Shown here: piece by piece, positions 10,372-22,365 of the stretch
Layout of the letters: each line of letters opens with the position of its first letter
Position numbering within the stretch: the first letter of the stretch is position 1
DNA from: Paragordius varius
Taxonomy: Eukaryota; Animalia; Nematomorpha
Length of the DNA stretch: 64,000 nt
NCBI GenBank assembly: GCA_964247055.1
Contig: OZ176050.1
Span: forward strand, 6,572,001 to 6,636,000
Direction of reading: 5' to 3'
Translations under genes and position numbers: made by a program
Notes under the pieces: generated by a model
Seen by the model: only the letters and a program-made list of their open reading frames with translations
Databases searched by the model: none
Told to the model about the DNA's origin: nothing

Positions 10372-13017
10372 CTCTGAACGGAAGGGGGGGGGGGGGTTTA
10401 CTATCAAAATTTTCTAACAAAAAATAATATTGTAATATTTTTTTTATTTTTAAAATAATACATTTGATAAGTATAAAAAATGTAAAATATTTCATTGCTT
10501 GATATATTTTTTTGAGTGAATTTGTTTGTGCAGGTTGTTATCATTTATTTATAAAAATCTTCACAAGAATTTGTTAAATTATATTTGACACATAAAATGG
10601 CTTTTAGAGTTTCAATATTTTGATTTTTTGATATCCACACTTGATTTAGTGTAGAAAAAACGCGTTCCGTTCCAGCGTTAGTTCCAGCTAAAGAGAGTGC
10701 GAATACCACAATTTTTAAAATATTATTGTTTGTTTAAAAATAATGAAATATTTCGTCCTCTACTATTTTTTTCTGATGCCTAATATTTTAGCTTTTCCTT
10801 ATTAATATGTTTTTTAACCCATGATAATTCTTTAAAAAGATCATTTTCAGAAATATTACTATTTGGCATTCTTGAAAAATATAATCAAAGGATTTTTGAA
10901 CATCGTACCTATTCTGGTTTAATGTAATCCAATAAAATGATCAATATATTGAATTGTACCGTCCAGTCTTCTTAATAACCTTTGCAGTTGGTTGAACATT
11001 TTTATATGGTTTATGATATCCTGACGGTTTATTGCACCTTACTCTTCGAGCTCGTTTATACTATTGCGGATAATAAATGGCATAAAATTATTTTCTAACC
11101 AAGACATTGGTATTTTAAATTATTGACTTCATTTGCTAAATCGATCGCAGATAATTTGTCACCTCCAGTAGGTTTAATTGAAAAGAGCAACTTGATTTTG
11201 TAGAAACTCTAACCATATTTTTGAAGATTTACTTTCAAAATTTTCTAAAATTGTTGAACATTTGTCTTGCCATAGAAAGTAGGATTTTAAGGGATCATCT
11301 AGATTCTTTCGATAGATGGCAGAAGAGCTAACCAACGCGTTCAGGATCCGAGTCTTTTCTGATACTCAATTTCTGCATTTTCACAAAATTCTCTAAGCAT
11401 TTCAACGCGTACAGTGTATATATACAAATAAGAATATTTTTTATTAATAATATTTTCCATATCTACTGGTAACAAGTCAGCAGTTGTTTAAATACCGCTA
11501 TGTATTATATGCGCTGCACACCCAACACCAATAATATTTTGCTCAGATCGTACGCTAATTTGTAAAAAATATTATTTGTGCCTCTTCGCTTTTCCCTCGA
11601 AATTAGTATTCGCATTGTCTGCACAGTATGCGATAATTTTTATTTTAATTCTAAAAATTATTTTAGAAATTTCACCGGGTAAAACGAAATCTAAAATTTA
11701 ACTTTAAACCCCAGTATCTGAATCAAAATATCTTATGATGGTTGGAAAATATTTTATTTCTTTATGATCAAATGCGTCAGAATATATGGTTATAATATTA
11801 TTTTTTTAAAATTATTTTTTATTTTTGAAAATGAATATGGGGAAAACACATTACATACTATTGCCCCGGTCTTGTTCTAGCACTGGTAAATTTTTTATTA
11901 AATAGCTTTCTGATAACTTAAGATGTATCCATAGATCTGAAGGAATGATTGTGCAGCGTGAAATGATATAAGTCTTTCTGCTAATGCTAAATTATTTCTT
12001 CTCCAAGTTGTTTTTTGAAAAAAATCTTTATTTTTGAAGATGATGCAGCAGTATTTAAACATCTTTTATGTTTCTGTGTCTCCAAACGCTTTGAGTATCA
12101 TTCTTTCCGCCGTACAAATACTGAATCCCTTGCATATTTGACATTTAACTATGTTGTCCTTTTTGGATTTTTTATATAAGGAAATTCAATTCTTAAATGA
12201 TCTGTGAGTTTACTTCCTCCTTTTATACTCATTTTGTTAAAAATCTAAAATAAATTCTATTAATTTAAATAAATTACTTATTATAATTTTCTATAATAAG
12301 CGTAAGTAGCAGACTTGATTTGACTGTTCAGTTAGCAGTGTTAACACAAAAAGGCGCAAAACAATGTATAAATTTTATCTGGATTCTAAAAGTCGAGACT
12401 TTTAAAAAAAGTGGCGGGACACGGGACCTAAAAAATCGGGTCTGTCCCGCCAAAAGTAGGACGTTCATCCTATGCATATCCTAATGTAAATCGATGAGTT
12501 CCGTACATTTTGGGATTTTAATAATAAAACTCATTACATTACTTGCCTTGGGCCCTTCAAGAGAATTGGATTTATTTTCAATGGCATATTCAGTATCGTA
12601 CATTATCCATGCAAGCTTTAGAGCTTTCTAGCCTGATGCAAATGTAACATTTTTATATTACAGCAGTTATTTTACTAAATATTAACAGTTTATTTCATAA
12701 TATATTGCCAAATTAAATGTTTCATAATCCGCAACTATAGCAAGTTCATCAGGTCTTAGATTTAAGGGGGACCAATAAAATGTGTAATGACTAGTGTATG
12801 ATTGAGATACCTTCCACACAATAATGCATTTAGTGTCTTCCCATTTATGTTTAAAATTTCACCAAATCTTTGAGAGACAATAATTTTCGGTTTCTTATAT
12901 CTTTTTCTTAAATTGAAATTATTATTATTTGAAATGTAATATCTAATATTTAAACAACAATATTTTGATTTGGAACTTAAATGAAATTTCAGATAAATTC
13001 ACTTTATACATATTAAC

Positions 13018-14049
13018 CAGAGGTGTCCAACATGCGATCCTCTATGACAAATTCTGCTGCCCGCAAAAAATTGATTAAATACAAAATAGATTCTATAATT
13101 TACAAAAATATTTTATTTGCAAAATCTTTAATAAATATTAAAATTTTTATCAGTTTTTCATATTTTTTTGGTGTCTATGTCTTAATTCACTAAAAAATAA
13201 ATACGTCAATTTCCTATACACCATTGATTCATCGTTAAATAATTAAATTAATTTTTTAGGCCATTAAATATTTATTGATTGAAGGTACATCGATTGGGGT
13301 TGGGCATTTGACTGCTTTTTCAAAAAAGTCCGGTCAGACCCAGTCAGACCATGGTCATGACCGTGGTCATGACCACATTTTACTTAAGTAAATATCATGC
13401 GATATTGGATTGTGAAAATAATGTTCGTACGACACTAGCGTTTCACTAATAATATCATGTTTTTTCTTAAAAGTTTATTATACATTTTTTTAATATTTAT
13501 TATTTACAAATATTTTCAATCTAACCAAGAATTTTGTTTTCAAATTTTGCCACATGTTTGTGGCCTTCTGAATCTTCAAATACATAGCTTTTAATATTGG
13601 ATATTTCAAATTAAATTATATAGTTTATTTTACACTTTCTTTCATCAATGAATTAATATCCAAATATAAGATGTTTTCTCATTTTATTGGTTATGGAATA
13701 ATTGCATGTTTTGCAAAGTGCTTGATTGTTTTTTTTTGAAGTAACTGGATATGCTTGAATGCTAATATTATAACGATGCGTGTTTAACAATTTTATATTG
13801 TTAAATAAGCACATTTAAATATTTAATTTATATTTTAAAAAATATATTAAAAAACACTGAAATCTTACTATTTCAAAAAAAATTTACCAGCAATTTTTTT
13901 AAAAACAGCTGTTTTATAAGTGACTATGGTCAAAAAATAAATAGTCATGACTTGGTCAGCACAACCCTATCATCGATTCTTTGTGTTTTGCCCGCCGGTT
14001 ATTTAAAGCCGAAAATGCGGCCCGCAAAACCTTTGTGTTGACACCCCTA
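13018..14049. mobile_element. Non-autonomous hAT element
   Basis: TIRs CAGAGGTGTCCAAC / GTTGACACCCCTA; TSD ATATTAAC / ATATAAAC; subterminal GCCCGC motifs. Confidence 0.75.
13295..13969. mobile_element. Non-autonomous hAT element nested in the previous one
   Basis: TIRs TGGGGTTGGGCA / GCACAACCCTA; TSD ACATCGAT / TCATCGAT; subterminal GTCATGACC repeats. Confidence 0.75.
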
Positions 14050-14260
14050 ATATAAACTATACATTTAAATATGTGTAATAGGTAAGTTATTGATAGGTAA
14101 ATGAATATCTAAAAAAAATGTATCAGTCCACTATTGTACCAATATAATTTGTACAATCTATTTTTATAATAATAATTATTTATTAGGTCAAATTACCACT
14201 TAAATACTAGGGTCAATATGTACTGAATAATATTTGATATATTTTCTAGGAAAATATTAC

Positions 14261-14301
<41 letters not shown>

Positions 14302-14475
14302 GTATTTTAAACTAAAACCCTTTAAAAGCTACAAAAATTATTATGATTATCTATATATTAGTGATAAATTATATTCTATTCCTCCATATTCAGCAATCCT
14401 ATTCAGGTATAGTTCTCATAAAATTTTATGCAGTTTATTTTATCCAATAAAATATTATATATTTTAATATTGATA

Positions 14476-15045
14476 CTAGCATAAATCGCAGCCCGAGGAA
14501 GTCTCTCGGACTTGGGGGGGCTATTTGAAAACAGGGAAAATAAAATGATCCACATATGTGGATTATTTCAAACATCATTTAATAGCTATGATCTCATAGG
14601 AATTTTAAAAGGGTGCATTCCTACTAATATATTGTTTACTTGAAGGAAAAATAGATTTAAAAAATTGTGGATTTTGTTTTTTGAAAAAATGGCATTTTAC
14701 GGGGGTAGCGGGTAAAAAGAGGGCCTAAATCAAAAAAGTGACTCGACTATGTTCGGCGCAATCGAAAATAAGTAAACAAAAATTATATTTGAAATTGAAT
14801 GGTCCAACACGTTCTTTGGAAAATTGTCTCAAAGACACGATTTTTGTGGACTTCTGTTTTTCAAAAAAACGCGTTTTTTACACGGGGTGGGCCCGAACTG
14901 GTGGCCTAATTAAAAAAAGGGCGATGCTATTTTCTGGTCATTCATTAATGATTATATTTTTTCGATGTTTGGATTTGATGGGTCTACCGGTTTTCCGGAA
15001 ACAGATCACAAAAGCCAAAACCTTCCATTTTTATGAAAATATAGA
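14476..15045 (-). mobile_element. Non-autonomous Helitron, 570 bp
   Basis: The plus strand reads A|CTAG...ATAGA|T, i.e. 5'-TC...CTAG-3' on the minus strand inserted at A|T with no TSD. There is a GC-rich hairpin (CCGAG...CTCGG) near the CTAG end. Confidence 0.85.
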
Positions 15046-15269
15046 TTACCATAAATAATGTTTTATTATCCATATAATTTTTAACATCCTATACATTTGA
15101 TAGATAAATAAATAATAAAACAATAAACTAATACGATTTTATGTTTAAATCAATAAAGTCTGATTGATCTTTTAATTGTCTCGTTTGAATATTAAGAAAT
15201 TTTATTTAAAATGAGCATAATATATTTTTGATTTTATAAGCAAATTTTGTTATGTCGCAAGTTTTAAAA

Positions 15270-16165
15270 TGATTCACATAGTGTCATAAGTTTTCTGAAA
15301 TTTGGCTTCAAAGGCATGCTGTATCGATATGATGGCGCAGTTGTAGGCGGGTAGCCCCCTATCCAGAATCTCATATAAAAATGTAGTTAGATAAAAATTT
15401 TGCCTTTATATCTGGAATCATCGTATTCCTAATAGTTTATGGAAGAATGGCTTCAAAACTCAATAATAATTCAATGATAGCGCATTTTTTGGGGAGTAAA
15501 GGACTTATTTAATGGCTAATTCAAAAAATCCGCTCGACTAAAATATTTGACTTTTTACGGATAATACTTTGAGCAGCTATTGAACTCATATGGCCTGATT
15601 GGTTTTCTGAAATTTAGCCCCAAAAGCACGCTATATCGATATGACGGGTCAGTTTTTTGCGAGTAGCTCCTTACTCAGCAGCTATCATCAAAGAAACGCT
15701 TGACTTTTTTTGACTTTAATCAGGGAATACGTGGAATCCATATTGAATTTTTACGGTCTCATACCTAGGGCGAAAAATAGATTTGAAAAAATTATTTTTG
15801 TGGACTTTGTTTTTTGAAAAAAATGGCATTTTACGGGGCGAGCGGGTAAAAAGAGGGCCTAAATTAAAAAAGCGACTATGTTAGGCGCAACCGAAAATAA
15901 CTAAACAAAAATCATTTTTAAAATTGAATGGTCCAACACGTTCTCCGGAAAATTCAAAGACACGATTTTTGTGGACTTCTGTTTTCAAAAAAACGCGTTT
16001 TTTCACACGGGGTGGGCCCGAACTGGGGGCCTAATTTAAAAAAAGGGCGAAGCTATTGTCGGGGAATTCATTTATGAATATATTTTTTCGACATTTGGAT
16101 TTGAATGGGTCTACCGGTTTTCCGGAAACAGATCACAAAGCCACCACTTTCCATTTTTATAAATA
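15270..16165 (-). mobile_element. Partial Helitron copy of the same family
   Basis: Shares the GGGGTGGGCCCGAACTGG and GGAAACAGATCACAAAGCC blocks with 14476-15045; 15540-15780 is the reverse complement of about 9300-9800. No CTAG end was found. Confidence 0.7.
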
Positions 16166-16866
16166 TATGCATTTCATTATTTCTAAGGCATTACAGAAAA
16201 AACTATTTTTCTATAATTTTTATCAATTAATAATATTTTTTGCCAAACATTTAATACATAATAAACGGACCAATAAAAAAATTTTATTTAAACAATTCTT
16301 AATTAATAATCTGTTAATACACCATGAGCCATTAGCTTTTTCTGATGCATTTGAAAGCCGAAAAAATAGTAGCGATATTATTGGCCCTTTCAATTTTAAA
16401 TTGTTAAGGATATTTAATTTACATGTCTGTTATGAAGATTTTCAAGGAAATTTTGTAGCGGCTGAAATCCACAAATATTATGCTATTATTTGATAGGGGA
16501 AAAATTGAATTAGGGAAATATTTAAGTTAGCAAACTTCTTAATCTTTATCCGTGATACAAAATTCTAGCAATGTTTTGTTCAAAAATCCTCATCTAGGGA
16601 AGGAAATATAAGTATATTATGGTTAAAAATGTTTAACTAAAATAGCTTTTAAATAATATTTTAGAAGCAAATTTTATTTTATTTTCAGCTGTCCCAATTG
16701 TAGACTCTGGAATTCAGAAAACTATAAAGAATATAAGCATTTTTTTGAAATACAGGAAAACTATTTTGATAAGGATTAAATTTTGATTAAAAAACTTCCA
16801 AAACAATTGTTTATTCATAGGTTTTAACTCTTGGGTAAAAAACCCCAAAATACGATCGCCTATTAA

Positions 16867-17401
16867 AACTTTGATTAGAATTGGGGTACCTAAATGCCCT
16901 AGACTATAATTAAATTGATATTTTTAAAAAAACTACTGAAAGAAACAGTCCCATTTTAAATTTATGCTTCCATCCTAATATAATTTATATAAATAAGCCG
17001 AAATATCCAAATAAAATTCAATTTTGAAAAAAAGTTCCATATCAAACTATTTCAACGCCATTTTTATTTTAAAACTAGTAAAGCTAATTTTTTGATCAAA
17101 TCACATATATCATTGATAGAAGGAGAAAAAGTCATTTATTGTGTATTATTTAAAATTTAGCTAAACACATGTCATGTTGAATAAGTTTTTACTTTTGAGT
17201 TTTACCTTAAAATAAATAATATTCAAGTATATGAATGAATTTTTTAATATTTTTTTTCATGAATGTTATGTGGTAAGTGCAAACTTTTGCCATGGTTTCA
17301 ATTTCTTTCATATTTTTTGAATTATAATTTTAACAAGCCTGGTGTATCCAACTACCCCAATTTGAATCGACGGACTGGAATGAATATGTTGCATCCAAGT
17401 G
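16867..17401. mobile_element. TTAA-target MITE copy
   Basis: TTAA flanks; ends GCATCCAAGTG|TTAA; internal homology to 6980-7558. Confidence 0.8.
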
Positions 17402-17919
17402 TTAAAAGAGGGTAGTGAAAACCCAAAATATTTTTACCCATTAAAGCAAGATGTTTGGGATTTGTATTACAATTATTACGATTTTATGAGAATAGCAAAA
17501 TTTTGACAGAGCATTTATAAATTAGTTACAAATATAAATTTGTTTACAGTAGCGTATGACATAAAAATGTTGGTATATAATTAAATAAAAATAAAATTAA
17601 AACATAGGAAATAATTGTTAAATCTAACCATTTGTTTTTTGTTACCATACTGTATATTTAATAATTTAAATATCCAGTGCAATATTATATTGATGAAGCG
17701 TAAAATATATTTTTGCTTATTATGCTATTAGAGGGTTTAATACATATTCTACCAAAATTAAAATTTCTCATTATGATTAAATGGAAATTCAGTGTTTTTT
17801 ATAATTATGTAACTAATAGATAGAAAATTTTGATACATGTTAAATGACATGCAAATTAAATACCCTTCATTAACAAAAAGGGCACTAATAGCTATTTAGT
17901 CTATACCATTTTTCATTAA

Positions 17920-18540
17920 AAACAACACTTTTTTCAATCAAACGCAGGTTTTTTTACACAAACGCAATATTTTTCAATCATGACAACATACAGTAAAAAA
18001 AAAGGTTTTTCAAAAAAACAAGGGGATATTATAGATATGTGTATTTACAACTAGGATTGTTTTTTTTAAAAAACACTTTTTTATTCTTTTATGGACTAAT
18101 ATTGTTTTAATCCATTGTACAATAAAAGAAAGACAACGCATCATTAAGAAAATATTTAATATTTTGTAAATTCAACGGTAAACCTACAATAGGTTTAATT
18201 TGTTTACTTAAAAAAATTACTTTTTAAAAAAAATATTATCTTCAAACAAAAAATGTTGCGTTTGAATGAAAAATATTTTTTTAAAAAATACTAATGTATT
18301 ATCTTTAAATAAAATAATATTGCATTTGAATGAAAAAATATTGTCTTTTAGAAAATGTTGCATTATAATAAAAATATGTTGTGCTTGAATACAAATGTTG
18401 CGTTCGAATAAAAAAGTGTTGCATAGGAAAGAATAAACGGTGCATTGCATAAAAAATCATGAGTTAGAATAAAAATTGCATTTGAATGAAAAGATGTTGT
18501 GTTTGATTATGGTGTTTGTATGATTGTTGTTTTTTAAAAA
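17920..18540. repeat. Degenerate tandem motif (GTTGCGTTTGAATGAAAA-like), with inverted copies at the left end
   Basis: Several imperfect units at 18250-18510 and reverse-complement units (TTCAATCAAACGCA) at 17930-17990; probably the subterminal repeats of a decayed DNA element. Confidence 0.45.
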
Positions 18541-18819
18541 TGGTATAAAAAGCACAGTCTACCAAAAAGACTTATAAGCAAATCTTTACTTCCATGAATA
18601 TTAACTCTATTATATTCTCGAAACCAAAAAAAACGAGAATCGGTCAAATAGTTAAATCTCACATAAATATACTTACAGCGCTGGTAACAGTTTTTTGATA
18701 ATTACTTTGGAAGTGGTATCATTTTTTTAAAACCAACATTTGCAGACTACCTTGATGCAAACCCGAACCACATCTTTAAATTAACTGCTTTAAAACCGGT
18801 TAAATACTTTTATATAAAT

Positions 18820-18861
18820 AAGGTTTGCGTCCCGCCAAAAGCGGGACGTCTGGTCACCTTA
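18820..18861 (-). mobile_element. Solo Blackjack hAT terminus
   Basis: GTCCCGCCAAAAGCGGGACGTCTGGTCACCTTA is the reverse complement of the TIR at 56925; no partner end was found. Confidence 0.65.
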
Positions 18862-20913
18862 TGCATGCCCTATATATGTATGGGGCTAAACCTGTTTTCT
18901 CATTATTCTCACCCCACACACTTGATAAAATTAAAAATGCTTAGGTTTTATCATTTCTTTTATAACCGACAAATATCAAATATCTCCATTTTTTAATTGT
19001 TTGCCATTAATAATTAAACTATTAAAAGCGATATGTATGTCTAATTCCGGCTTTTATTCCGTTTCGTAGATTTCTAACAGTGAATAACTGATATAACCAT
19101 AATACACAATAAGCAGTAGACCAGATTATCTTTCGAATGATCCAAAAAACCCTCAGTTAAGATGTTTTAAAATGAATATAAGAAAGAATGTGCTCATTAT
19201 GTATTTTACCCTTTTTTTCAACAAAACTCAACACTTTTCCAATCAAACTCAGTTATTTAAAAATAATTTTTAAGACTTTGAAATCATACTTGGCATTTTT
19301 TATTGATATTTATTTTGTTTAATGCATAAATATAAAGTCCCTCCTATAAAAAGCGTGAATTATTTTAACATAATCCCCTTAAATAAAATTTAGATTAAAT
19401 ATTTTGCTTTAAAATTAAAAAATAAGGAAATAAATTAACTAAACAAATTATATTTAAATGGACTATACATCCCTTATTGATAAAAGTGATGAGTTAGGTT
19501 GAAAAATTGTTGAGTTTGATTAAAATGTATCGAGTCATGATCTAAAAAATTTGCCTTTTAATTAGATATAATTTAGATTACGGGTGTCAGCGGCCCTCCG
19601 AAATATTTCTGTAGCCCGCAAGATATCTCAAAAATATCAAATAGAAAAATTTATGCTATTTACAAATTTAAGTAAAATTGATATTTGTCAAAAAAAATTT
19701 TCTCACCAAATTTTGGCATCTAAATAAATGGTAGTTATACTGTGTTTAAATTTTTTACAGTTGTATGTTATAAATGTAAAAGATTGATTGATGCACATAT
19801 ATTCTGCAGCCTGTCGGATTTTTCAGTTGTGTTGGTCACCTCTGATTTGGATGGTGCAATAAAAGTATAGTTTTCAAATCAAAACACCCCTTTATTTAAA
19901 TCGCCCAAAGCATAAAAACATGCCATATCCGCTATCCCATCCAGTGTGCCTGGGCAAATTTTGAAAATTATTCCAACGTCTTCAAATGATAAAACAATAT
20001 AATGCAAGATTTTATTATTATTTTAATTATGTGCTATTTTTATTTAATAGAAGGGATGTTTGAAAGTGCAGCAATGCCGCTCAAAAAAACAATTCCAGTG
20101 ATGAGAGGTTGATTTTAGCATTTTTATTTATACTAATTACTGTATAAATATATAGGATTGCAAACCCTTGTGTTTTGTTATAAATAAATATTTTATCTTA
20201 AATAAAGGCAAAAATTTAGAGATTCAATAACTTTTTAATATATAATATTAGATGACAACATAAAAAAGTTATTTTTGAAAAATGCATACTTAGGTTGTGT
20301 TAACTTGTAATAAGATGAGGAGATAATATAAGGAAAATGAATTTATTCGGTTTTTTTAGGGTTTATATATACTAATTTTAGTTGTACATAATTTGCATTA
20401 TATCAATAAAATTTCAAGTAACAAAGGATATAATATTTACATAGTACACAAAAAATATAGAAAATAATACAATTCAAATAACGCTGAAAATACAACCAAA
20501 GTATGTATTTCACATTTGCATGTACACAGAAAATCATGATATAAAAATGATATGATGTTATATAATATGCAACAAAACATAAATATATTTTATATATTAC
20601 TTTGCTATTCAATGCATACTTATAATACTTTTCTGTTATTAATAGTTTACGTGACATGTTATATACTACGTGACAAGTTTTAGACTACGTGACTGTTTTT
20701 ATAAATGCACACTCATCATTCTCAGAAATTTGTATATGTTAATGCACGATAAAAATATATAATAATATCCGTATACATTTCTCGGAATTAAATATAACCT
20801 ATATAAACAACAACTTCTTTAAGTCCATTGCATTACTGTGTTTTCCCATTATTGTGTTATAATAAATTATACCCAACTGATATTGGCGACGAGAAAAAAA
20901 TTTTTTCTGCCTA

Positions 20914-21495
20914 ATGGAAAATCCTGGAGATACATCATTTAGTAATGCACAAAATCCTCTAAATCGAATAATTCTTGAACCATTTGACGAATGTTACAAT
21001 TTCAAAAATTATGTCAAGCTCATAGAAAGGGTACTCGCGGCCAGGGATATTCCTGTCACGGATTCCAATATAAAAAAATTATTTTTAGCTTTCGGTGGTA
21101 TTAAAATTTTGAACAAAATTGAAAATATTCTATATCCTGATACCATCGAAGATTTGGGATGGCCGGAAATCTATAAAATTGCAGTTCAAATCTATGCCCC
21201 AGACAAAAGTCTATGGGTGAATAGATGTGCATTTTATCGTATTCGTCGTGGTGATAATGAATCTATTCTTTCGTATTTAGAACGTTTGAAAATTTTGGCC
21301 GACAATTCTGGATTTGATTCGGACATTTCTAACAAAATCAGGGATATATTTTTGATTGGATTAAATCAACCCAGATTAGAAAGAGAACTCCACATAAAAT
21401 ATCCGCTCGGTAAGTTAGATGACAAACCACTGACACTACAAATGTTGGTCGATATGGCTTTAAGTTTTGAGGAAGCCGATAATCTTCCCTCGTAA
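20914..21495 (+). CDS. Ty3/gypsy Gag (193 aa, truncated before the zinc knuckle)
   Basis: Follows the PBS directly; has the retrotransposon gag pattern NRCAFYRIRRGDNESILSYLERLKILADNSGF...IRDIFLIGL. Confidence 0.8.
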   Translation: MENPGDTSFSNAQNPLNRIILEPFDECYNFKNYVKLIERVLAARDIPVTDSNIKKLFLAFGGIKILNKIENILYPDTIEDLGWPEIYKIAVQIYAPDKSLWVNRCAFYRIRRGDNESILSYLERLKILADNSGFDSDISNKIRDIFLIGLNQPRLERELHIKYPLGKLDDKPLTLQMLVDMALSFEEADNLPS

Positions 21496-21884
21496 ATCAA
21501 TAAGCTTAAAGTGGATAGATCCAGAAATGTAAAACCTCTTGGAAGTTTTAACAAGGGCCATTATAACAATAATAATTATAAAAACAATATAGTTCGGATT
21601 CGCGTGGCTACTAGATGTTAACTTGTAATAAGATGAGGAGATAATATAAGAAATGTGAAATTAATTTATTCGGTTTTTTTAGGGTTTATATATACTAATT
21701 TTAGTTGTACATAATTTGCATTATATCAATAAAATTTCAAGTAACAAAGGATATAATATTTACATGGTACACAAAAAATATAGAAAATAATACAATTAAA
21801 ATACAACCAAAGTATGTATTTCACATTTGCATGTAACACAGAAAATCATGATATAAAAACAAAGTATATATTTCAGATTTGCAT

Positions 21885-22365
21885 GATGGTAACTCTAAAA
21901 TCGCTGCAAATTCTTACCTCTCCATTCGCTTTGAGCACATTAACGGTGGGCGTGGCCCATGTCAGAGGTGTAAGGTTGGGATCTATAGGCTCCAGAATGT
22001 CTAACTTTTGTAATCTTAGTAATTCATTTTCAACTTTTGCTCTTAGGGGAAACGGTACTCAGCGGCAAGGCCAAACTTTGGGGGAGGCATTGGGTGCTAT
22101 ATGAATTGTAACTGGCTCAATGTAACAACCTAATTCCTCTTTAAATAGATTAGGGATCAATAATTTTATCAAGTTTAAGAAAGTTAATTCGTACTTTAGG
22201 AATGTCGATATTGAATCTCGCGATCCAAATTCAAGCCACAAATGAGCGGTGCCTTTTTCACATCTCTTATTTTTTTCTCATCTTCAAGTTAACATCATCA
22301 AGTTAACATCTAATAGCCAAGCGAATCCGAACTAATCTAACACAACAGTGGAACCCCCGGGTTCC
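21885..22365 (-). pseudogene. Inverted gypsy pol fragment (protease-RT linker and RT N-terminus)
   Basis: The minus strand reads LFKEELGCYIEPVTIHIAPNASPK, VPFPLRAKVENEL and WATPTVNVLKANGEVRICSDFRVT, with stops and frameshifts. Confidence 0.85.

Larger units (their letters stand above)
8675..12472 (-). mobile_element. Decayed Blackjack-type hAT transposon with nested insertions
   Basis: Perfect 8-bp TSD TGCATATC (8667-8674 and 12473-12480) and degenerate TAAGGTGACC-type TIRs. Minus-strand remnants include VFALSLAGTNAGTERVF (about 10655-10710), GVGCAAHIIH and CADNANTNF (about 11500-11630). Confidence 0.85.

Noticed and set aside
14738-16493. ORFs of 106 and 145 aa (and 8820-9161, 40702-40980)
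   Set aside because: Chance frames in the non-coding Helitron body; they differ between copies and show no Rep/helicase motif.
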